Shown here piece after piece: positions 54,092 to 64,000 of a stretch of DNA of 64,000 bases. The DNA comes from Epiperipatus broadwayi (Eukaryota; Animalia; Onychophora): positions 13,268,001 to 13,332,000 of the forward strand of contig JAQFVV010000009.1 in the NCBI GenBank assembly GCA_028023455.1, written 5' to 3'. The notes beneath the pieces were generated by a model. That model did not search any database. It was not told where the DNA came from and saw only the letters and a list, made by a program, of their open reading frames with translations. Position numbers and translations under genes: made by a program. Positions within the stretch are counted from its first letter, which is position 1. Each line of letters begins with the position of its first letter.

Positions 54092-54370
54092 TAATATTTA
54101 CTAAGGCTGTAACCTTAGGAATTGACTCGTAGTAAATCGTATGATTTCGCGAGTATTAATGTATTATAAGAATTGTTGACTTAAGCTTCACACTCTTAGA
54201 TTCTAACCACTTCAGCTTCACCTATTCATATATATATAAAAAGTAGGTTGAAGTAAAGAAGGATTCCCTCTTTTCTTCATAGCGTAAGCTTGTGTTTAAG
54301 ACCTGTAGAGGTCCCTACCTTCGAATTTTTCAGACGCTTATTCCTAAGGTTACAGCCTTAGTAAATATTA
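54092..54370. mobile_element. MITE with 31-bp perfect inverted repeats
   Basis: taatatttactaaggctgtaaccttaggaat at 54092-54122 and its exact reverse complement at 54340-54370; may be TA-flanked 22-bp TIRs starting CTAAGG. Confidence 0.85.
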
Positions 54371-54844
54371 TTTAAATAGTTTTGTAATTAATTATATATT
54401 TGAAACAAAATCACTGAAAGTTTTATTTAAAAAAAAAAAGTAGTGGTCACAATACATTTAGCTCATGTGAACCAGACTTGAAGTTCATTGCTCATGCTTT
54501 ACATTTTATAGGCAGAAAGCCATAGTTATTAGTACACATGCTTTTAAAATTACACTTATCTAAGAAAATTTTTTGAATGAGTTTGTGATAGTTACTTCTC
54601 TATATTACTATATACCATCAAAAGAACTACTCATCTATTCAGATCATTTTAAACTTAAAACTTCAAAAAATTTACATGATTATTTGAAGATTTGTGATAA
54701 TGGCATTTTACTTATAATTATACATTAACTATTTCCATCATCTAGTTGTTGTTAAATGTTTTTGGAAAAATTAAAACTACTTATACTTTTTCCAAATACA
54801 TTTTACTATTAATAGTAATATATAGCTTAATGTCAAACAACATT

Positions 54845-54910
54845 TCAAGTAGACCAATGGCAGCTAAATCCAATATTCATGAATCTAGAGGTCTTCAGTT
54901 CAATCCCTAT
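54845..54910 (+). mobile_element. decayed tRNA-like SINE head, possibly related to the PLE-associated head
   Basis: agtagaccaatggc...aatattcatgaatctagaggtcttcagttcaatcccta shares the aatattcatg.atct segment with 22320-22390. Confidence 0.35.
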
Positions 54911-56859
54911 GCTACCTGTCAGTTGAAAATAATTCCACTCAAAAAATTTTTATTGCATACTAACTTGTGTGATAATACTAACAATTTAATGTATTAAAGT
55001 TTACAATTTTTCTAAAAACATTTAATAACTTCCATTAGATGACAAAAGAATTCCAACATATATATATGAAGAGCCAGCCATTGGGTAAAAAGGAGAGAGA
55101 GAAAAAAAAACTTTCTACTATTTACAGATAACATTCTGGGAGCATATTTATAGTTAGCCAAGCATAATTATAATTAGCTGTTTTTTAATAAGTTACATCA
55201 AGAAGAAATAAAAAAATAAGGAAAAAGAAATATCACAAACAGATATATCACTAAGACAATGCAGATTATATATAATTCTAAACCTTTAGTTTTGTTTTTC
55301 ATAATTTGATTCAATTTCCTTCTTCATAATTTGTTTCTACATATAAGCAATTTATCTTTGTTTAGAAATCTGGGTTAAACATAAATATTTATTTTACTTT
55401 CTTTGATTATAATTGTCTAAAATGATTCTTATGTAAATGTTTGTTTATTATTAGACTAAAAATTATATTCTAAAGTCATTGCAATTATTACATCATTTAA
55501 TTTTTAGCATTACTAGAAGTTTCAAAATAATAATATAAAAATTAAGCTAATTCTATTATGATAAATATTTAAAACACAGCTTTACAGGGATGATATTCTG
55601 ATAATAATTTCAATATATGAATGTTTTTTTTTCTACAGTACAGACTTTTTCATACCTGCTCTCAAATATTTTTTATATTCATAAATTCTATATAAGCAAT
55701 TTATGTATGGATAATGAATAGTCTTTTAATTAATTAAATATTTTGTTTAATTCGAGTATTTCTTTTTTTCTTTGCATTCCAAAATCTGGATTAGTCTTAT
55801 AATTATTGTAAAATCAAATTTTTATGAGTTGTGAGTATGAGTAGAGTGTGTGTAAATATGCATGGTTGGTTTTTTGCCAGATTCATCTGTTAGTGTTATA
55901 CCATTATTGCAGTCTACATGAAATCAGAAATAAATCTGGAAGTGAAACTCAATAGCAATAAAAATTACATAATTAAAATAAACACATTATTTTCGTAATT
56001 TATATGAATCAATGTGTACTTAACAAAATATTATCCTTTTGGATTGTTCTTATATTTGCCATTTTTACAAAGTTAAAAGGTTTTATTTTTGTTTATAAGA
56101 AGACATGTGGCCACAAGGGTACCTGGTGGATTAATCTTTTTATCACTGTCTTATTTATTCAATTGTATTATAACAAATACTTGGGCATATTTTATAAATT
56201 ATTCTCATTCATATATATGCTTCTGTTGCACAGTATAGAGTTAAGTATAAATATGGCAGCACAAATGCTAAGGAAAAGTCACCCAGAAAAATATTCACAA
56301 GAGATTGAATGGAAATATTTGAGTTTCAATACATTATTGATGTTGAAGAACATATACAATCAAGACCTTGGTAAATATAGAATAGAACAAATTGAGTTTC
56401 ATTTTTTCTGTGACAAAGTGAACAGTGTCTATATTATTAATAGATCTTCTACATTTCATGAAATATAAAGAAGGCAATGCCCACACATTTATTTTATGCA
56501 GAAAGTCAAAGTATTTTAAAATTCCATTTACTAGAATCTAAACTTTCTAGGCAATTGTCTGTGTTAATACTAAGCACTGGTGAGGTTGAATGAGCAGATA
56601 AATTTTGATTAAATAACTTGTTAATGTACTAGTAATTAAATTTTCATTAGGAAGGTACAAAAGATAAATCTTTAATCTTTATTAAGAATTTCTATAATAC
56701 TTCTAACAAATCCCTACTTGGGGTGGCCTATCTGCAGAAATAAATTTTTAAACCCTTTTTTAAGTCAAGGAAACCATTAAAGAAAGTGATAACAGAAGAT
56801 TTAAAGTTTTTAAATTTTAAAGGATGGTAATGAGTGACGTTCAAAAATATAAAGTGGAA

Positions 56860-56960
56860 GTTGGCATTTGCAGGTTTTTGGTGATATTGCAATCATAGTT
56901 TTAAGAATGAGAAGAATGATTTAGTAAATATTCTAGATAAATATATATATTTTTTGTAAT
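56860..56960 (+). pseudogene. RTE-like RT relic
   Basis: HLQVFGDIAIIV (cf. LRFADDIAL). Confidence 0.3.
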
Positions 56961-57449
56961 GATTGATTACATTATTAATGACTTGTACTCTAGAATATAA
57001 TGATATGATTTGGAAAGAAAAGTAATTAATCATTTTGTGCCTTCTTTTAATTTACCTTCAAAATAGAAATTCTCAGGTGAAATGAAAAATCCAAAAACTT
57101 GGAAGAAAGTATTTGTTCATAGCAATGACAATCTGTATATATTGATCATGCATATGTTTTATTAATATTAATAACAAGACTATATTTTTAAGTATAATTT
57201 TCCAATGTGTTAAATGTTAAGAATATAGTTACATCATCCGTGTATGCTATGCAAGACATACTTGATTGTAATCTAGGTATGTATATTCCTGGATGCTTCT
57301 ATTCTATTGCTTTATTAAGTGGAATATGTAACCAGCAATACAATTAGAAATGATCCCTTGTAATATTGATTGAACTGAAATAAATGATGATGTTCTTATA
57401 CTTAAAGCAATATGTATTTCTCTACATAAGTGATTTTGGTAATGAGTAT

Positions 57450-57700
57450 TTATTAATATTTCTATAAGTTTATAATTGGCACTGAATCAAATACTTCCTG
57501 GATGTCAAGTTGCACAGCATTAGGACTATATTTTTTCTCTCATATTACAATACTGGCTATATTAGAAATAAGAGAACTGCTTGCCCTGTTGATGATCCTT
57601 TTTTAATGAACTACATTGGAGAAAACATAACAAATAAAGTACTATGTTGTCCTTTAATGCTCACCCTAGAATTTTAATTACTAGTGGTCCCACTGAAATT
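57450..57700 (-). pseudogene. non-LTR RT relic (CR1/L2/Jockey-like)
   Basis: FIKKGSSTGQAV (cf. GFRKGRST) followed by AVQLDIQEVFDSVP (cf. FLDxxKAFDxV). Confidence 0.45.
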
Positions 57701-58988
57701 GGTCATATATTAGCTAATATATATATATATTAACTGACTTCTTCACAAAAGGAATTATTGAAGATATAACTCTTGAAGTTTAAATATATATTTGGATAAA
57801 AAGTTAGTAATCAATAAAGACAAATTTAAGTATGTCATTTATTCCAGGGTGGCATGAAATAGGTTTTCTTGACATCTTTAACTCAATATTATCTACAAAG
57901 ATCAACTCATCCCCTAACTACTCTGGAAATTCAATAAAGACTGAAATGCTTATTTTAGCTTAAGTTTAACCTTGGAAATATAAATAAAGGTTCTTGATCA
58001 TGTTATTTTTTGTGATTATAATGTACTGATATTAAAGATATGAGGGTGAGTTAAGTAATTTTTTATTGCTAAATAGTTTCTTGTATTAGAAGCACTTATC
58101 CAAATTGTTGGTGTGCATTAAATTATTCTTTTGTACAAACTATCTGACAAAGCCGAGTTAAGTTGGTGGAAGTGCTTATCAAGTAATATGAACTATAGTA
58201 GGTGCTAAAATATTAATATAAGCGATCTATACTTGCACTGGATTCAAACTCATGCTTTTAAAATTTTCTTAAAAAAAGGAATTCTGGTATATGTGACTGT
58301 AGAAGTATTGTTTTACTAAGAGATTCACCTGCTATTGAAATTACATTGTAAAATGATGCTATACTGTGATAAATTTGAGAAAGGAAAAAAAAACTTAATG
58401 ATAAGTTGATTAAATGATATAACATATGAGAATTAAAAAACTAAGTCAATGAGTAAGAAGAATATACCATTGTGAAATGACATTGTGTCAAGGTGATATG
58501 ATATGTTGCCGTTTCAAGCATGGGTTCGATGATGATGAAAATAATGAATTCAAAGTAAGGATCCATCTATTGATTATGGTTAGGCCAGATGGAATACAGA
58601 CATATGCTATTTTCAGTGTGATTGCAGAGCGCTGAAGAATGACAATTATGAAATTGATGTCTATATATAAAATTTTAAATGATTGGAATTCTATTGTTAT
58701 AATAACATCTGCACTTTTTGAAAAAAAAGTGGAGCTTCTAGAAAATCCAGAAAAAAATCCTATCTACTGAAATATATTGCAGGATTAATTTGTGAGCGAT
58801 TATAAACATTTGTTTCTAACAGACATATTACAAATGGCTAAAGTATCTTTATCCACAGATAAATTATATAATGAAATATGAGTTAAGACTCCTAATATTA
58901 AAAAATTAAACCATTTAAAATATCACTTGATCATCTTTTCCTATGTTTACACAAGCTGTTAAAACAATAACAATTTTTTCACATGATA

Positions 58989-59002
58989 GTGCCATCTAGT
59001 GC
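58989..59002 (-). promoter_or_regulatory. CTCF-like motif
   Basis: reverse complement GCACTAGATGGCAC matches the CCACYAGRKGGCRS-type consensus; such strings also occur inside transposons. Confidence 0.2.
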
Positions 59003-59219
59003 AAGGTACTGGATAGGAAATAAAATGAAGCTGATAGCATCTATTGGTTATATTGCTTGAACTAGGTAGCACTATTGTGTAGAAGATTCTATCTTTATTT
59101 TTATAGTTATTGATTTCTAGTACTAGCTTTAGTGTCCTTGGTCATTGATGTGCAAGAGAATGACTTTGTTTTACTATAGCTCAATAGTTCTAAGGATCTT
59201 GTTGCATTCATTTTTAAAA

Positions 59220-59800
59220 ATTGTGTGTTTACTTTTTTGTTGTTGTTGTCTGCCCTATAGTTAGATCATCTTCGCTAGCATCTTGTGTAATTGTTTTTAT
59301 TTCTTCTACTCATTTTTCTGGTTGGTTTTCAGAACTTTCTTTTGATTGGTTTTTTGATGTTCTAATTTCCAGGATTATTTTATTCATAGCTAGTGGAATA
59401 GCTAGTTTTCTAATATCACACTTTTGTTCATTTCATTTTTTGGTGTCTCTTTAAATATTCATTCCTTAGAATCTAATTTGTTTTAGGGTCTTTATGTATT
59501 TGATGTAAAAGATCTTTAAGGAAAGATAAATCTTGGTTTTTCTGTTTCTTGTTGTATGTTTTGAATTACTAAGGGCTGAGATTTATTAACTGTATCAATT
59601 TGTAGATTAAATCCCAAACATTAAAGTGTATGTGTTGTCACCATTCTGCAGTGCTGACATTGTTTGTAAGGACAATCTTCTATTATATGTTCTCTTTATG
59701 CACAGTGAAAGAATTAAGGTTTAAGACCACAAATTAAGAGTAAAGGCATAGTTCTTGATAGACAATTTGTGTGAGCATATTAACTGGATTAATGCCTTTA
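59220..59800 (-). mobile_element. gag/LINE-ORF1-like relic with two CCHC zinc-knuckle remnants
   Basis: 59618-59713 reads FFHCA*REHIIEDCPYKQCQHCRMVTTHTL*C, followed by a low-complexity K/E/N/S-rich frame. Confidence 0.45.
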
Positions 59801-59837
59801 TGGAATATAACTTTGAATTCAAAAATATTACTAACTA

Positions 59838-60923
59838 CACCTGGGTCTCGTTTTACGCGATAGATAGGTTCCTCAGAAAACACGCACAAACGAAATCGTG
59901 CAAAAATAGATGTAACACACTGAAAAAGGGAGGATGCGATCTGTGATTTTTCAAAATTCGCGTAAAAGCAAAGCACCAACGTAAAATTACTTTAAAATTC
60001 GCGCAAAAAAAATATAAGGAAATAAAATATGACTAATAAAAAATTTCAAATTTGAAAAAAATTGATACAAGACAAACTTTTTTTAACTATAATATTTAAT
60101 TTTATTCAAAATAATATATTTTTATGCATAATTTGCATTTTTTATACAAGTTTTAATTATTATAGCTATTTGCCAAAAAGCACGTTCGTTTGCAAACAAC
60201 TAGCGCCAACTTCACACTCATGTTTTAACAGTGGTTTTCTGGTGACAACGTAATTAGTAATTAATCTTTGAGACGATGATTTTATTAATTGTTTATGAAA
60301 CTAACAACTATAAATTAAATTCTTATTTTTGTCTTTAATTTTCAATTCAGTTTAAAAATCAAATTTCACATTAATTTCAAGTCGCAGTAAGTAATTTTTA
60401 AATTGTTAATTACAATTAAAAATCAGATTTTAATTTTTAATTGTCAAATTTAATTATGCCCACTGCTATTACTGACCTTTTAAAAACAAACTTGTGGACA
60501 CTAAATGATTAATAATTGATTACGTTCTTTTTTAAAATGCAAAAACAGAATGTGATTTAAAATGCAAAATTAACTCGTACAATGTTTGAACAAATTTACA
60601 TTATAATCTTGTAAAATTTAATGTGTATATACATAAAATGTGGAAATTATGATTTTAATTTCATTATTGCATAAAATGTTACTATTATAAAGCACTGAAA
60701 CTATTGAAATTACTAAGATGAAAGTTGAATTCCAATAATGTGCTATTACTTTCAATATAACGTAAGTGCGCAAAATTTATTATTTAAAGTAATAGCTCAT
60801 TATCGGAGTTCATACATGTGGGTCTCTTTTTATGCGGACTTATTTAACACACTTCTGGTGAAACACGAATCGCGTAACTTCAAAATCGTGTTAAATAAGT
60901 CCGCGTAAAAAGAGACCCAGGTG
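59838..60923 (-). mobile_element. pogo/Tigger-family non-autonomous element, copy 2
   Basis: TIRs CACCTGGGTCTC...GAGACCCAGGTG with TA on both sides; collinear (inverted) with 2205-3610 but lacks the HTH segment and tandem duplication. Confidence 0.85.
60815..60923. repeat. 109-bp nested inverted repeat formed by an extra internal TIR copy
   Basis: ta-catgtgggtctctttttatgcggacttatttaacac vs gtgttaaataagtccgcgtaaaaagagacccaggtg-ta. Confidence 0.85.
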
Positions 60924-61794
60924 TATTATTATTGGTGTCTCTTTAACAAATTCAGCTTGAAAGTGTGAAGTGGGGACATTTAAATCAATATTTTATGTAT
61001 CTTAAAATAGATCTTTTATTATTATTATTTTTTATATTACAGTTAGGCTTTGTATTTTCTTCACAAAAATTATAACTGGATCTATGAAAACTTTCCTTGT
61101 TATTACATTCATGCAGTTCAATTCCATTACGGATTCAAAATTAAATTTATTATCAGGAAATGTTTTTGTTAAAATAAAATTTTAGATCAATTAAATTACT
61201 TTAATATTTTCCAGAACCTTTCAATAACAATATTATTGCAATTCTTTCAAATAAATGTCAAACTATATACTTTTACTTTTAACTTACATATCCTCAATGT
61301 GTTCATTATGAATGCACATACATATTCTATATTTGAGATAAATTTAGCCATTGTATTTCAAGTGAAATGTCTCCATTACAATATATATATATATATAATG
61401 TTCATTATTAACTAATTAATCAAATGCTACTAATAAATTTTTCAGCATCTCTATATCAATGAAAAATGGTCATTGTATTAGTTATCCCAGATGTATATAG
61501 AGGTTAATATATCTACTAAATTTCCATAGTAAATCCATTACACATATAACTCAGATACAACACAATCTCATTTATATATAGCTTAGTTCTAATTTTTATA
61601 GGAGAGTTTTTTTTTCTCTTATTAATGCCCATGTAAATGAAGGATTTTAAGTTAATTATTTGTAATATAATTAAATATGGTATTTTCCCATTATTATATA
61701 CAATTTCTGGTCTTAACTAAGTAAGAACACAGTGTTAATAACCTTTTCAGTATCTCTTGATTGCTACACCAATTTGCATTAGCTATGCAAGATG

Positions 61795-62288
61795 TATGAG
61801 GTAACCAAAACAGGAGGGTGAGTACATTGTAGAACATGCTTCTACCACTAGATACCTCCCATGGGGATCCTCCTGCATCAGTCTGCTACCTTTGTCATTG
61901 AAAGACATCATGATATGGCATAATAAATGTTTTGTTAAGTGTATCTCATTTGTCGATTTTTGTAATGACTGCAAAGTTGAAAAAATGTTAAGAAAAATAA
62001 CAGGGAACAGTTATAATACATGCAATAGCTTACAAGAAAGCTGCTCTTGGCAAAACAGAACTTTATGACTGGTTTAATTGAAATGTCAAATTCACCACTT
62101 CTCAAAAAAGAGTGAAGTCCAAGGTCAAGCCAATGCTGTCCTTTTTGGATGCAAATGGCGTTTGTTCACTCGGAATTCATTTATAACTATCAGATGTTTT
62201 AATTACAACTTCTGAAATGTTTGTATGATGCAGTAAAATGAAATTGTCTCAATTTGTTGATATCTTATCATGATAATGCGCCAATACA
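61795..62288 (+). mobile_element. mariner transposon relic (irritans-like), truncated by the hAT insertion
   Basis: TATGAGG start, AYKKAALGKTELYDWF, VKSKVKPML..FLDANG..HSEF, HDNAP in broken frames. Confidence 0.75.
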
Positions 62289-62296
62289 GTCTAGAG

Positions 62297-64000
62297 CAGT
62301 GGTAATGAACCTTTTTATGTGTGCATGCCAAACAGTTATTAAATCAAAATATAAACAAGTTAATTATTGCAGTTTTTTATGGGTTTATAAAACAAAATAA
62401 TAATAATTAAACAAAATTTCTAAATAAACTAAATGCAAGTGAACGACAACGTTTATTTAGAAAAGTGCAAATTGAATAAAAGGTAATAGTAAAAAATTAA
62501 TAGTAATTAAAACAAAATTTTGGAAATAGCCATTATAAAATCAAAATAAATAGATATTATTTAATGAGATTTTTGTTGTACATTGGATGCCAAATGTTTT
62601 ATATCTGGTTCATATTTTGTCACTTTTAATAATGTACATGCTGAACTAGATTCATCTGTCGTTCTCTTTCTGGAACTGTCTTTAATTAAATTCATTTCTG
62701 AAAACAATGATTCACATGCATATGTAGGGGACAAAATTGATAATATAGTGGTCGCTAATTTTTTTAAACAATTAAATGTTTTAAAAGTAGCATATCTCTT
62801 CAGCATTCTTTTTACATATGTTCAATAATCAATCATTTTCCATTATTTCTAACTCATTCCTCAAATCAACAAATTTTTGTTTCTATATAGAACTGGATTA
62901 AAAATCGACTGATTGCATTTTCATATCTTCTAAATTAAGCCACTCAAAATTTTCTAACTTGAGATTATCCATTGATATTATGTCTGGGTATAAAATAAAT
63001 TTTGATGTTTCTGAAAATTGTCTGAACTGTGTAAATCTTAAAGAAAATTCATCAATTATCAATCGAATAACAGAACAAAAGTCATGCATTAATTTTACTT
63101 GATCTGGCTTCTCATAAGATTCTAAATCATTCAAGAATTTTTTTTAGATTTGGAAAATATCTGAAAGTGTAAGAAATAACATCATGGTTGAAATTTTGTA
63201 ATTTAACTTCAAATGCTGTGATCAAATCAAACATGACAACAATTGTCTTATTATAATCTTGCAGTTTCACATTTAATTCATTTAGATGTAAACACATATC
63301 AGTAAAAAACAGTAATTTTGAAAGCCATTCAACATCCATTAATTCATTATATTTTTCAATGATTTTCTCATTACATAAAAACAGTCTAATTTCATCTAAA
63401 CACTCAATGAATCTTTGAAGAACTTTTCCTCAATTTAACTATTGAACATTGTTGTAGACACATAAACCACTGTATACTTGAGTTTACCTTACTCAACGTG
63501 TAGATATAAAATTGACTAATTTAATCACAATGTTCATAACATCATCCAGTGCTTAAAGCTGGCCTTCATGCATAAAATCTACTGATGTATAATGTAATGA
63601 AACCCAAAATTGAATGTCCAATATTGTTGGTAAATAAACTGAGAAAACTATTTTCTTTTCTAGTCGTAAGCACCATCTGTAGCTATTGATACAATTTTGG
63701 CAACATCTATTTCTTTTTCAGCAAGTACATTTGAAACTTTGTCGCAAATATCTATTTCTTTTGTTGTTGTTAGTAATGAGGTTAAACTGATCAATACTTC
63801 TTTGATATTATTCCCAACATAATAGTGAATAAAAGTAGCCAAACAAGCTGATCGATTTATGTCTGTACTTTCATCAAGGCAGAGAGAAATTAAACTAGGA
63901 GATTTTATGACTCTTTTTTGATGATAAGTTATGCTGTTAGTCATTTGCAGCATTTTTTTAATTGTATTTCTAGCCAATGATAAATCTTTTATGCTCTGAA
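62297..64000 (-). mobile_element. hAT transposon (Buster/Charlie-type), 3' part; continues beyond the window
   Basis: terminal CAGTGGTAATGAACC next to gtctagag (62289-62296; NTCTAGAN target consensus); transposase fragments. Confidence 0.85.
62561..63977 (-). pseudogene. hAT transposase (GTF2IRD2/ZBED5/SCAND3-like), frameshifted
   Basis: SLCLDESTD, IATDGA, WLSKLLFFTDMCLHLNELNVKLQ, STYACESLFS-type motif (PTYACESLFSEMN) in four separate ORF-track pieces; D, D, E catalytic positions recognisable. Confidence 0.9.

Noticed and set aside
56004-56468. 154-aa ORF
   Set aside because: Composition (F/I/L/K/Y-rich) is that of random AT-rich DNA; no motif recognised.

Overview
Very AT-rich (roughly a quarter GC by eye), CpG-depleted eukaryotic DNA, most consistent with an invertebrate animal; no prokaryotic genes, rRNA, CRISPR array or intact tRNA gene were seen. 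Most ORF-track entries are spurious or transposon-derived. The window looks like intronic/intergenic space filled with transposable elements. These include four RTE-clade LINE copies of one family at different decay stages (youngest 51441-52661), a BovB-like RT relic, several CR1/L2-like relics, two copies of a pogo/Tigger deletion derivative, a mariner relic interrupted by a Buster/Charlie-type hAT, MITEs and tRNA-derived SINEs. A few micro-exon candidates suggest a + strand host gene (low confidence, product unknown). The most unusual content is (i) a Penelope-like (PLE) 3' end that carries, in order, the GIY-YIG C-terminus, a tRNA-like Pol III promoter, a minimal hammerhead-ribozyme motif and a T-run, found head-to-head at 49533-50526 and, without the coding part, at 22175-22703; and (ii) several short fold-back insertions with little or no spacer, 12-15 bp target-site duplications and, in three of them, a shared GCGCT-TATAAAA-like 3' tail. 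All alignments, identities and folds were done by eye.
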